Shown here piece by piece: positions 51,056-62,874 of a stretch of DNA of 64,000 nucleotides. Origin of the DNA: Harriotta raleighana (taxonomy: Eukaryota); the NCBI GenBank assembly GCA_050575255.1, contig JBNZDD010013724.1, forward strand, positions 9,703,357-9,767,356. The letters run 5' to 3'. The translations under genes were made by a program, and so were the position numbers. Under the pieces are notes generated by a model. It was not told the origin of the DNA. It worked only from the letters and a program-made list of their open reading frames with translations, and did no database searches. The stretch's first letter is position 1. The number at the start of each line of letters is the position of its first letter.

Positions 51056-52527
51056 AGTTGCCCTCATTGCAATATGCGCTGAAAATTTGAGGTTTTCTTA
51101 ACCATTTGGTAGACTAAATGTTAAATTGTCAAGTATAATTTAATGATCAACATAGAATACAGTACTTGGGAGAATTCTTCCACTTTTAGCAACTGCCAAT
51201 TCTCTGACTTCATTGTGCTCTTCATGCTCTGCCCAAAATGTTTTCCATCAATCTAAACTAACCTGCTTTGAAGGTATCTCAGGGTTAGATTCTGAATCAC
51301 AGATGTAATCATGTTTTACCATTGTAATTGATAATTTCAGTTGTGACCTTACTCTGTAAGCTACCTCACTGTTCAACTGATGAGATTTCCCCTACGATAC
51401 CAATAGGGACATTCTCAATAGCAAGTTTACAAATTATCCTCTCACAACGTTTAAATGCTTGATACTTAACTACAGCATTTTTCGATGGCTGGTAAAGATT
51501 TGTCCGATTCAGTTCCATCAAACTGATCTTGTGTTACAGATTGAAAGCCGAACCTTAATTACTGGATAAGCACTTACATTCTTTCCAGCACATTTATCTT
51601 TCTCCTTCCTGTCCCTTTAGTCCAGGTACATAAAATATATGAATCAATTGGTATTCTCTATGTCATATTAAATCATATTACAAGCTGCTGGTGCAGACAA
51701 GTCAGCAGTTTGACAGATGATCACTGTAGAATTTATATCGGAATTAACTGTAGACGAGTGCAGTATTCCTTGTGACAATTTACTTTCTCACAAACTAAGC
51801 ACAAAGCAAAGGCACTTTGACTAGACTAATACTCTCAATTTTATATAAATATCCAGGATTAAGAATTTGCTTCGCTAAGGCTTTATCTTCAAGTGCACCA
51901 AGAATTTACAAAAACAAATTGTTGATTGCAATCAGTACATTAAACCTTTTCTTTGCATCTAAAGAATCTGGATGTATATGCTCCCTTCCCTCACTATAAC
52001 TGCTCATTGAAGATTGAGAGTCGCAATGCTACAAATCCACCTTCAGAGATTTACTTACTTCACCAATGCAAATGGTGTGTTTGTTCGCATTGTGATGCAC
52101 GTGTGCAGGCGGGAGGTTTGGGGGAAAGAGGGATAGTTTGATAGGTCCTATATACACTTAGTGGTATAAATATTGAATGTTCTGTTGCACCATCAATATA
52201 CTTTTTTGTGACATGCATAAAGCTTGGTTTATTCTTAAAATATTACTTTCAATTCTAAAGGAAATTAATCAGAATATCTATGGGACTGCTAAATTTTAGA
52301 AACTAGCTCACTAGCTCACCATAAAGCACCCGTTTGACAAAATGTATAGAAAGAGTTTGTGTTACAACACATGTATTTGTGACATCGATGAGAAACTGCT
52401 TCACCTTGACCACACACATCTCTTTTCATTATACTCTTTTCTTTTTCATGTGCTTCAAGGACTCCAGCTGGAAGGATAAATAACGGTAATAACCTAGAAG
52501 TGCTTTCAGATATGTCAATGAACTTAC

Positions 52528-52646
52528 TGGTTTGTCCTTGATAGTGGGGCTCGAAACACAAAGATAAAGTTTAGCATCTTCTTCAATGCAGGCATCTATC
52601 AGAGCCTGGACCGAACTTTCCTCTTGAAACAGGAGAAAGGCATAAC
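52528..52646 (-). CDS. CPEB2: CPEB2 coding exon (GYAFLLFQEESSVQALIDACIEEDAKLYLCVSSPTIKDKP), RRM1
   Basis: 119 nt between ttgcAG and GTaagt, phase 1-0. Translated by hand; contains the RNP1 GYAFL motif. The ORF track does not show this frame. Confidence 0.96.
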
Positions 52647-54365
52647 CTGCAACAGAAGTATAAATTAAGAGTTGCCAGTTTCAGAACATGCAGAAATAGC
52701 TGCTTTCCATATGCTTAAAATATATTCCTCAATCCCTCTGGTCCTTTTGCAAGATACAAATGGAAATTCCTAAACACGGGTTCTATTTTTAAACAAAAAG
52801 TTCACTCTGGTTTAGTGGGTAAAAAGATATCAGGTGCAGCACTACATCATTTAGATGAGGGTCGAGTCTCGGCTGAGCTGCCTGACCTTAATTTAAACAG
52901 CTGTTTGTGTGCTACAAATGGCCAAAGTGGACTCTCTGCTTCATGGAGAAGAAATTTCAGGATTCCGACTTCTGTCTATTATCATCTGATGCCTGATGTA
53001 AACACACACACGACAATGATTAGATTGAACTAATGTGACCCACCCTCTGCATAGTGAATAGCCCGATGACAGTAAATGTCTAAGCTTTCACATGAAATAC
53101 CATCTTGGCGAACAGCCAGAGATGGAATTAACAGGTTGAGAAAGGAAAAAAATTGGCAGAATCATCACTGGAATACTTTTGTACATCTTCTACTGGATAA
53201 TGCAGAGAGGAATTGATGGGAGCCTGGGAGCAGGTGGTATGCTGGCTCTCTCTCAGTTGCTTGGCTTAGGGAGACAAGAATGATTTTGGGGAAAATAAAG
53301 AGGTTGGAAATATCAAGAAAGCTGGGGAAGAGGAGAAAGACGCTGAATAAACCATATTTTCAGCATTACATAAGTCCCAACTAAAACACACTGGTAATGT
53401 GATGTAAACAAAATGTTGTGATAAAAAAACAGGATTTAGAAAGGGCATTGAAATATAGGTTCCAGTTACATCTGATCATAAAGACTTGAGATGGAATCAT
53501 GGTTAATTAAAATGTGGATAGAATTACTTTAATAAAATTAGCTAAATGATGATGTATGATTACCATATGGGACTAAGCAAAAGCTACAGTAAACATTAGC
53601 ATATACATCCTTCAAACAAGGTAAGAGGTTTCCCAAGGGATATTACCCTCTTCTGTGTCATGTACCACTGGGAAAGGAGAATGCCAAATTTAACTGTCCC
53701 ATGCAGCTGAGCACTTCCCCAAGGGCAACATTTCCCACAAAGAAACAGAAAATAATCTTCTAAATATACAGATTTCTGTATTTTATACATGGCAAAATAA
53801 CATAAGTGCTAATGGATGTTAAACAATATAGAATATTCATTAGCTATATCTGAATTAAATTCACATTTCTTTAAAATTGTGTATTTATTTTGGTAAGGAA
53901 GAACTGTACACTACTGTAAATGGAGGAAAAAACAATCTGTTTGTATATTCCTAAACATAAAAATTCCCAAGGTATAGAAGATCGATAAACAGGCTTCAAT
54001 ATTTCATACCTTGGAAAGCTACTATAAGACAAACTCCATGGACACTACTGGGTAAAGTGGTACAGGAAATACATTTTAGAATATTATCTGGGATCCAAAG
54101 ATGCTTTGGGGCGATATTATTCAGGAGATATATTATTCAGGAAGTATGTTTCCATTCATATTAGAACAGATTCAAACAATTGCAATTCATCCAAAATGTT
54201 TAATTCTTCCATATCAATCAATTCTCCAATGATTTTTGTGTTCTATCATCAGCTGCGTCAAAAAAAGGTCACCAACTGTTCCAAATTCCCAATTACAGGG
54301 GTTTCATAGTAAAGCTTTCATGAAGTTACAGTTTTTACTGTTGAAGGTTGAACTTTTTACACATA

Positions 54366-54864
54366 CAGTAAAAGCCTGTTTATCCGTGACCCTATGAACT
54401 GGAAGACCCGTATAACCGGCACTTAAAAAAAAAGGCCTGATTCGATAAATCAGCAGAATAGCAGTGGTGCATTTAATGAATTGATTGTCGCACGAGAGTA
54501 CTGTGTAGGTATATCGGCTTGCCGCTAGTAAAGCCTGAAAATCGCCCTGTCGTTTTTTTCCCCTCCCGTAGTGGCCGCCAAGAAAAATTAAGTTAAGTAT
54601 GAAAAATAAATTAATAATACAATATTATGTTATTATATAATCTGTTATTGGTGTATTTAGGTTATTATTTATATGGTACAGTGTACAACATTTACAATAA
54701 AGTACCCATACAATATTGTTATTAATCTGTTATTACTTAGTCTATTATGAATATGGTATGTGTTCAAATAATTTTCAATTTAATTTTTTGTAACGTTTAA
54801 CCAGAAAGCTGTTTAACCAGCACTGGCCAGGTCCCGTGGGTGCCAGATAAACAGGCTTTTACTG
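54366..54864 (+). mobile_element. MITE family A
   Basis: TA|CAGTAAAAGCCTGTTTATC...GATAAACAGGCTTTTACTG|TA: perfect 19-bp TIR. Confidence 0.92.
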
Positions 54865-55339
54865 TATAATACAAATGTACACTTATATAATACTCTGGGA
54901 GGAAGTCTATCATAGATGCAAATAGCAGAGAAGAAATTGCTTTGGGAGACTCGAGATTACAGTAAGATTCAACATAAAAAATAGATTGAGAATATTGTGG
55001 ATTTGTCACTTTACTGCATATAGAGTTCAATATTCATTAGGGAATGTACAATATTTTGCCTTATGTAAGACTAGACTGTATTTCCTTAGATGGGAACTAT
55101 CAGTGAAATATTGAAAACATTGGACAATTTCCTTTCTCCTACATTGGAGGAAGTTTAAATGCTTTGAGGTCTGAAGTATTATTTGAACATCAACAAGACC
55201 ATGATTTTTTTTTCTTCAGGCTACTTTAGTTCCTTAGAACGTCCTCCCGACGTGAAAAACACTATACAAATGTAATTTTGTTGTTGTTAGTTCAAAATTT
55301 TACTTCTTTGTCTTTGACCACTTCACAACTTTGTTTATA

Positions 55340-56010
55340 TAATACTACTTACATTTAGTAAAGTGCCTTTCAAGTCAGGAATACGACCCAAAGTGCTTCA
55401 CAGGATATACTGTAAAGTGTGGTGACTATGTGTTTTGTGGGCTAATACAGTAGCCTATTTCTGCACAGCATGTCCAAGAAACAGCCATACATTGAATGAC
55501 CAATTTTATTTGGGAGATTCTTCGCCAGAACATTTCAAGAGACTCCCTTTTTGTTTTGAATAGTGCAATGGGAGCTTTAACATCTATTCTGAATAGGCAG
55601 CCACATTTAGCATCTAATGCAAAAGCATTGATTGGAGTGTCATCTTAGACTATAATAATAATAATCTTTATTTATATAGTGCCTTTCATGTCTTTTAGAC
55701 GTCTCAACGTGTTTCATAACACTTTATATTGCAAAGTGAATTGACTGTATATTTGTGGGCGAAACCCGGCAGGCAATTGTGCACAACAATGTTCTGCAAA
55801 CAGGGACTTTAAGAGGGATTATTATTGGGCGTGTGGAGTAAGGAAATATTTTGCCCTGCCTGGAATTGAACCCAGATCTCTCACTTGCAAGGCGAGTGCT
55901 CTAACCATTGAGCTACAGGACTAGATAAGTTCAAGTCCGGTTGTGGGATTTGAACCCACAACCTTCTGACTCAGAGGCAGCAATACAACCACTGAGCAAA
56001 ACTGACACAC
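55340..56010 (-). mobile_element. Old DeuSINE with a younger tRNA-SINE (55653-55922) nested inside
   Basis: Old SINE body at 55340-55652 and head at 55923-56010 flank a complete young SINE. Confidence 0.7.
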
Positions 56011-56047
56011 AATTGGTAATTTACTTTGTTCATTACAAATTCAAGCC

Positions 56048-56123
56048 AATACTGGATATACAGTGTTGCAGATAACCGTCAGAAAAAATTCTGATGGTTA
56101 TCTGCAACACTACATCCAGTATT
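56048..56123. other. Near-perfect 76-nt hairpin in a CPEB2 intron
   Basis: aatactggat-atac-agtgttgcagataaccgtcagaa AAAA ttctgatggttatctgcaacact-ac-atccagtatt. Confidence 0.85.
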
Positions 56124-56222
56124 CATGCACAGCTAAAGTTTAAAAAGAGTCTCTGGTTAATTTATATAAGATGAAAAACTTTAAGTCATAGAAAACACCC
56201 ATTAGCAGGTTGTCTACATTAC

Positions 56223-56312
56223 CTTTTGGTGGAAAATAGGACTTGCTTTCTGCCTTGTGAGGCCAGTCGACTACCAATGGTCCAAAGCGGCGAAAGCTGG
56301 CAGTAATTTCGT
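56223..56312 (-). CDS. CPEB2: CPEB2 coding exon (DEITASFRRFGPLVVDWPHKAESKSYFPPK), RRM1
   Basis: 90 nt between acacAG and GTaatg, phase 1-1. Matches the CPEB2-4 RRM1 sequence. Confidence 0.97.
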
Positions 56313-56400
56313 CTGTGTTAAAAAAAATCCTTAATGTCCAATCACTGAGTAAATGAATATTGTATAGAAAAGAAAAAAAGGACAAATGCATTATCATTAC

Positions 56401-56577
56401 CTTCGTCAATATCTGGTGGAAGACCACCAACAAACACTTTTCGTGAGTACCGTTCAATTCGTTCCCCATTCTGGTGAGATGAGCAGCAGTTAGGTGAGTT
56501 CAGAACGCCAGGGATTGTCTGATCTCCGTGACCATCATCAAGAAATCCATCTTCTATAGGGAACAATGAAGAACGCC
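56401..56577 (-). CDS. CPEB2: CPEB2 coding exon (GRSSLFPIEDG...RKVFVGGLPPDIDE), linker and start of RRM1
   Basis: 177 nt between ttgcAG and GTaatg. Contains the RNP2-like VFVGGLPPDIDE motif; HQNGERIE is typical of CPEB2. Confidence 0.96.
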
Positions 56578-56840
56578 CTGCAAACAGTCACCAATTGAAA
56601 TTTAAAAGAATACAGCTGCAGAACATAGGATCAAATATTTTAAAGAGTAAAAAAAAATTGCAACATTAATGAAGCAAGTGATCGTAATAAACTGCAATTT
56701 ATCTTAAGCAATTTTGCCACTTTCTCAGGCTTGGTGAAAGGAGGTCTTCCATCCTTTAATCTTCATTAACTATACACAGGATATTAGGGAAAAAAATACA
56801 CAAAAACCAGACAGTTGGCACTGGACAAAAAGTACAGGTA

Positions 56841-57364
56841 CAGTAAAAACCCGTTTATCCGTGACTCGAGGAACCCGTTGAAAACCCGTTGAACCGGCAC
56901 CTCAAAAAAAGTCCCGATTCAATAAGCTGGAAGTTATCCGGCAGAATAGAGATGACGCATTTAACGTACTGATTGTTGCACGCGAATGCTGTGCAGGAAT
57001 ATCGGCTGGCCGCTAGTCGAGCCTAAAGTCACACTACTGCCGTTTTTTTTTATAAGTCACGCTACCGTTTTGTTTTCCTCCCGTGGCGGCCATTGCAGAA
57101 GTTAAGTAGAAATAATAAAGTACTAATACAATATTCTGTTATTATAGCATCTGTTATTAGTGTATTTAGTCTATTATTTATGTAGCATTGTTCAACATTT
57201 ACAATAAAGTACCCATACAATATTGTTAATATGTTATTATTTAGTCTATTATTAATATTGTATGTGTTAAAATAATTTGTAATTTTAAAAAAAACTTTCA
57301 ACTGAAAGCCGTTTAACCGGCACTGATCAGGTCCCGTGGATGCCGGATAAACGGGCTTTTACTG
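56841..57364 (+). mobile_element. MITE family A
   Basis: TA|CAGTAAAAACCCGTTTATCCG...CGGATAAACGGGCTTTTACTG|TA. Confidence 0.92.
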
Positions 57365-57726
57365 TAATTACTAAAGCCTGGATGGCTGACAGTTACAGAA
57401 TACTAATCTCTTTGTCAGTCTACCTAGGCAAGAAATTCAACTCTGTAAACAATCAAAACACTTGAAACATAGTTCTGAAATACATCGCCCCTCCACAATA
57501 AGTTTATGAGGTTTATTTAGAGCCTAGATCTTGTAGAATAAGGCTTTCATGAAAAATTGAGTGTTTTGAATCTGTATAGATAAACAAATTTAAGAAAAAT
57601 AATTTCTTAATCTTGGTGATAGCCAGTGGCTAGGGATGGCAAGAGTTTATCTATAAGGAATCAGTGGTTACCCATCCATTTTAGATGCTTTCAAAAAGAA
57701 TCCTAAAATATTCAGAGAAAGGTCAT

Positions 57727-58070
57727 TTGCCCACAAATATACAGTCGTTTGACTTTGCAGTATATTTTGTGAAGTGCTTTGAGACGTCGATAAGATGTGA
57801 AAAGCTCTGTATCAAATGCAAGCATTATTATAATTATTATTTATATATTATTATTTCCAAAAGCTATTGAAAATCACCAAAGGAATATATCTAATATCCT
57901 CTGTATTACCATTAATAATAATAATCCTTGCATTTGATATAGAGCTTTTCACGTCTTCTAGACGTCTCAATATGCTTCACAGAATATACTGTAAAGTGAA
58001 GACTGTATATTTGTGGGCGAAACGCGGTAGACAATTGCGCACAGCAGTGACCCACAAACAATTGTAGATT
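57727..58070. mobile_element. Two SINE 3' halves tail-to-tail (57727-57840 plus, 57915-58070 minus)
   Basis: gcccacaaatatacagtc..aaatgcaag on the plus strand, with its reverse complement about 75 bp later. Confidence 0.8.
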
Positions 58071-58374
58071 GCAATACAATGATCCTCACGATTCAGTCGT
58101 TTGTCAGAGAAAAACACAAAGACACAAGAGGGTAACAGGAGTTTAGTTGACACCCTGAGTCCTGTTTGGTGGGCATAGAGTCCTGTTTTGCACAATCACA
58201 AGGTATGAATGCAAAAACGCAGCAGTATATATTCTTTTAGTGGCTTGAAAACAAACAGTACGCAAAATGTTGGACTCTGGAACTGTACTAACAATGTGCT
58301 GACTCAAGTTCTAGTACTGTACCATGACATTCAGAGACCAAGAGATGCCTTTTAAAACAACATGTCTGCAACAT

Positions 58375-58575
58375 AATGGCCTTGCCATCTCCTACCTGCT
58401 AACCCCTTATCAACCTGTACACTCCCTCCGCTCAGCAGGCTCTGGCCTGCTCCTTCTTCCCTGCCCAACCCATCACTGGTGGTTGTGTCTCTCTATCCCC
58501 ACCCTCTGGAACTCCATCCCACAATCACTTTGTTCTCTCCCTTGCCTCCTTCAGGACACATCTCAAGACCCTCTG
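58375..58575 (+). mobile_element. L2 fragment
   Basis: GLAISYLLTPYQPVHSLRSAGSGLL..PTLWNSIPQSL. Confidence 0.7.
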
Positions 58576-59647
58576 GAGAATATGTATTTTCTCCAATAAG
58601 GCAAAAACGTATCCTACATGTAACTACTGTCAGTGGGTTAAAGGTCATTCCATTTTTAACCACTGAAAATTGCAGACTTATACCCTTAAAGCATGAAGGA
58701 TTTAAATTAAATTATGTAGAAATGTGTATTATGCATTCACAGGGAAAGGATTAGGGCATTAAATAGAACACAGCAACATTTGCAAGTCTTCATATAAACA
58801 AATCAAACATAACTCAAACATATCTTGCTGCCAATCACCCTTCAACAGCCAAAGCTATCCTAGCAACATCATTTTCTATTACGGTAGAGCCTCATTATAA
58901 CACAATAGTTGGGGTGCATAAGATCCTAACCAGGATATAACACATCAGTGCTTCCACACTCACGATGCAATAAATCTAGCTTGCTTTTATGCGTATGAAA
59001 TGACAGTCAGTGAGCTAATATGCAAGTTGGCCACTTTTTAGTGAGCAAGAAGATGTTTTAAATATACCAGCTTTCTGCTCTTATTTTGGATTTTGTGATA
59101 AGTATAATATAGAAATACGTTTTTGAGTTATGAACAAGGAGGGAATGATAGTTCTTACATAAACTGAATTTTCAAAGTAGATCAACATCAATCCAGAGGT
59201 ACTGCAAATTAATCTTGCTGCCAACTGTAGTGGCCTTTTTCATTGGAGAAACAATTAATTCTAGAAAGTTCTGCTTGACAAATTAGAAAAATGGTGAATG
59301 GACACAAAGTAGAGGAATGCAGGGCCACTCTGGTTGAAGCGATTCACAATTAGAACCAAAAGCCACAATTAGTTTTTTTTATATATGCTTTAATGTTCAA
59401 TCAGTCCCAGTTCCAGAACTAACATATAACTTTTATTCAAGATCAACTGCCCACGAAAATGATTACAGTATTTCAATTTATAAAACTGATTTCTCCCTTA
59501 AGTTCACACCACCATTTTCTGTTGCATGTATTTTCTAACTTTGTTTAAAAATCAAACCATCCTCCACTGTGCATCCCATGACATGCATTAGGTTTATCTG
59601 AGTGGGTCTGTTGTATCCTCCATACTCCATTCTCCAATAAGGTCTCT

Positions 59648-60195
59648 CAGCTGGAGTACTGTGTCCAATTCTGGTCACCACATTATAGAAAGGATGTTAA
59701 GGCATTAGAAAGGGTGCAAATAAGATTTACTAGAATGGTACCAGGATTGAGGGACTTCAGTTATGGGAAAGGCTAGATAGGCTAGGTTTATTCTCTTTGG
59801 AACAGAGAAGGTCGAGAGGAGACTTAATAGAGGTTTATAAAATCATGAGGGGATTCGACAGGGTGAATGAGGAAAAACTGTTTCCACTGGTGGGTGAATC
59901 TATGACTCGTGGTCACAGATTTAAAATAGTTTCAAAACGAAGTAGAGGGGAGCTAAGGAGAAACTTTTTCACTCAGCGGGTTGTTCGAATCTGGAATGCA
60001 ATGCCTGAAAAGGTGGTGGAGGCCGATTCGATAACAGCTTTTAAAAGAGAATTAGATCTTTATTTAGGGAGAACGGGTCTGTTAGGTTATGGGAAGAAAG
60101 CTGGGCAGTGGGATTGAGTTGCTCTTTTCAAAGAGCCGGCACAGACTAGATTGGCCGAATGGGCTCCTTTTGTGTCGTAAAATTCTATGATTCTA
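59648..60195 (+). mobile_element. CR1-clade LINE 3' end
   Basis: [16 protein letters not shown]..., then RGDLIEVYKIMRG..TRGH..RRNFFTQRVVRIWN..FKRELD; ends in ATTCTATGATTCTA, the CR1 octamer tail. Confidence 0.93.
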
Positions 60196-62208
60196 AGGAT
60201 CCTGGCCCTAATGATTTTCATCCTTCCTCCAAAAACACCTGCTTCCCTGAGCTTGCCCATCTACTATATTTTCTTAAAAATTTCCTATTCCCAATGCATA
60301 TTTTCTTGTTGCTGATGTTTATTCAGTCCGGGCAGAAAAAAAGACTAGGTAGTTACTTTTAATTTTAAATCGAATTCTCCTTCAGAATATTAACCTTGGG
60401 GCGAAATTTGTTATTTTTCAAAAAAAAGAGGAACTTCCTTACAAGCTCGTCAGGTCTCCTTCACTGCTGGCAGCTTCAGGCATGAAGCCACAACACTGTG
60501 GTTGAGAAATCAGGCAGTCAGGTCCATTAAAAGTACACTCTCCCCGTCAATTATGTCAATAGGGTGATCTAGCAGCCAGATCAAACCAACCAATTCAGAG
60601 TGCCATGTAGGCAGGCAAATTAACATTTGCTTAAAAATCATTCCGAATTTTTCAGTCCAATATTTTTGTTTATTAAACCGGAAGGATATGTAACAAAGAA
60701 ATTGTTCCTAGTTTTCTTCCCACCTTTAAACAAGCTGTTCTCTTGTAACTTGGAAACATTCTAAGCAATTTCTATATTTTTTCTCCCTTGGCTGCCCAGG
60801 AGGATGAGAAGGAAACTTTGGTATCTGCAAAGTTTGTGGTGATTTGTGGTCTCTAATCGTGAAACAGAAACTTGTTAATTATTAGTTTCACCATATATCA
60901 AACAGTCCCTTTTATAGGTAGGCTAATACTGTATTCTGAATATCTGGTGTGATGGGCAGCCACTGGGGAGAATATTTCCAGCTCTCAGCTCAGCAGCAAT
61001 TTCTACAATTTCCACTTAAGTAGTGGTGTGCTAAACATAGTTTCTTCTGCACAAATACATTTTTTCCAAAAAGGTCAGAGGCTTAATTCCTCAATCATCT
61101 GACACTTTGGAACAAGTCCACAAATGTATCTGAATCCAAGTGAACATTAAGGCTCTCCTCACATCCGATCTGTGTTTGCACAACTGTGGCTCTCGTCCAA
61201 GTGCTTTTAAGAGGAATGGTAATGGAGAGCTGAGATTAATGACCCAAGGATAGCACTTACAGTGAGTATCACTGATGCAGAAGGTGCTGTAGGTCCAATT
61301 CCTACCTGAACTCTGGCCCTATTTTTGCTCTACTATGAAATAATAATCCTTGCATTTCATATAATTCATTATCATGTCAATTGTAGAAATATCTGTAGAT
61401 CCTAACAACATATACATTTTTAAAGAAATGTCTGCTGGACAACCGCTGAACTCATGTTTTAAACACCTGACTTTACTAAATACAATTTGGGTGTGCGTTC
61501 TTGATAAGAGCCACTCTTATTAATTTGTCTAAATCTGATATAGTCTAAGGTTGACATGATGGGTTGAATGTCCCTTTGAGCTGTAGATTTCTAATCTCCA
61601 GGAGGACAAAAGTGACATTAGTCTGCACTATAGAACTGTATCTACTGTTGGTTAGTGCTGTCAGGGCCCTTGGTGATGTCTGTGGCCTCGACCGTGTCAC
61701 CCTTCAAAAGAAATGTAATTTTAATATTAAGTGCTGAATGTAAGCAGCTATATTATCTGCCACATTTAAATTTGGGTGCATAACAGGAATTACAGATTCA
61801 CTTAATAATGTAAATACCGAATCCTTTTCATTCATTCATTTTTGATATATAAGCAGATGACTAAAACAATCTTCTAAAGTTTCCTGGGCACTTAACGTAA
61901 AGTAAAATTGTATTAATTTTCTAAGCAAATTATCAAACCCTCATATCATCTATTCAGACTAGGCTCCATTCTTTATTTGTACATCTAAACGATTCATTTT
62001 AAAGTATTGCACAAAAATAACATCTGTTCACACCAAACATTTTATTGCAGCTTGCAGATAAGTAGCCAGCAATCATGAGAAAAAATGCGATTTTCAATGT
62101 AATGTGCAAATTGAATATGAATGTCCCATTGATGATTCAATAATAAATAAAAAATAAGCAAATCACTGATTCAATAAAAACACAAATCAGCACTGAAAAT
62201 GAAATTAC

Positions 62209-62232
62209 CTCGTCTTCTCCCATAACTTCTTG
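62209..62232 (-). CDS. CPEB2: CPEB2 24-nt microexon, (A)RSYGRRR(G)
   Basis: Minus strand reads ttctttatttgcatgcAG|CAAGAAGTTATGGGAGAAGACGAG|GTaatt. It is 24 nt, phase 1-1, and encodes the ARSYGRRR peptide known from the CPEB2/3/4 alternative microexon. It joins in frame to the GRSSLF exon. Not shown in the ORF track. Confidence 0.93.
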
Positions 62233-62436
62233 CTGCATGCAAATAAAGAAGGACAAATAGGAATTGCATCAAAGATTAATGTGGAGTGAATCAAACATGT
62301 TAAACCCAAATTTCAAAAGTACACCAATTCACCAGCATGGAGGATTATAAGGAAGATTGCACATGGTGGCAAGATACAGAAAAAAATGTGTGCAAATATG
62401 CGCATTCATGAAATTGTAGGTATGCACAATATATTA

Positions 62437-62874
62437 CAGTAAAACCCCATTTATCCGTGACTCGATGAACCGGAAACCCGGTTGAACCGGAGCCTCAAAA
62501 AAAAGTCCCGATTCGATGAACTGGAAGTTGTCCGGCAGAATAGTGATGACACATTTAATGAATCGATTGCCGCATGCGAGTACTGGTGCAGGTATTTCGG
62601 TTGGCCGCTAGTCAAGTCTAAAGTCATTCCTGCTCCTTTTAAAAGTCGCTTTTTTTTTAACCTCCATCAGGCAAGGGATGCATTGCGCAGTTAAGTATAA
62701 ATAATAAAGTACTAATACAATATTCTGTCATTATTTAGTCTATTATTAATATGATATGTATTAAAATATTTTTTGATTAAAAAAGTTTAAAAAAAGTTTT
62801 GAAAAAACTTCGACCGGAGAACCGTTTAGCCACTGGCCAGCTTCTGTGGGTGCCGGATAAACAGGGTTTTACTG
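62437..62874 (+). mobile_element. MITE family A
   Basis: TA|CAGTAAAACCCCATTTATCCG...CGGATAAACAGGGTTTTACTG|TA. Confidence 0.9.

Noticed and set aside
45030-51400. Other CTGATGA motifs (about 45033 and 51377; also about 2214, 14999, 27314, 36762) as hammerheads or C/D boxes
   Set aside because: None has a properly spaced stem II plus GAAA, or a convincing C/D box pair with a terminal stem.
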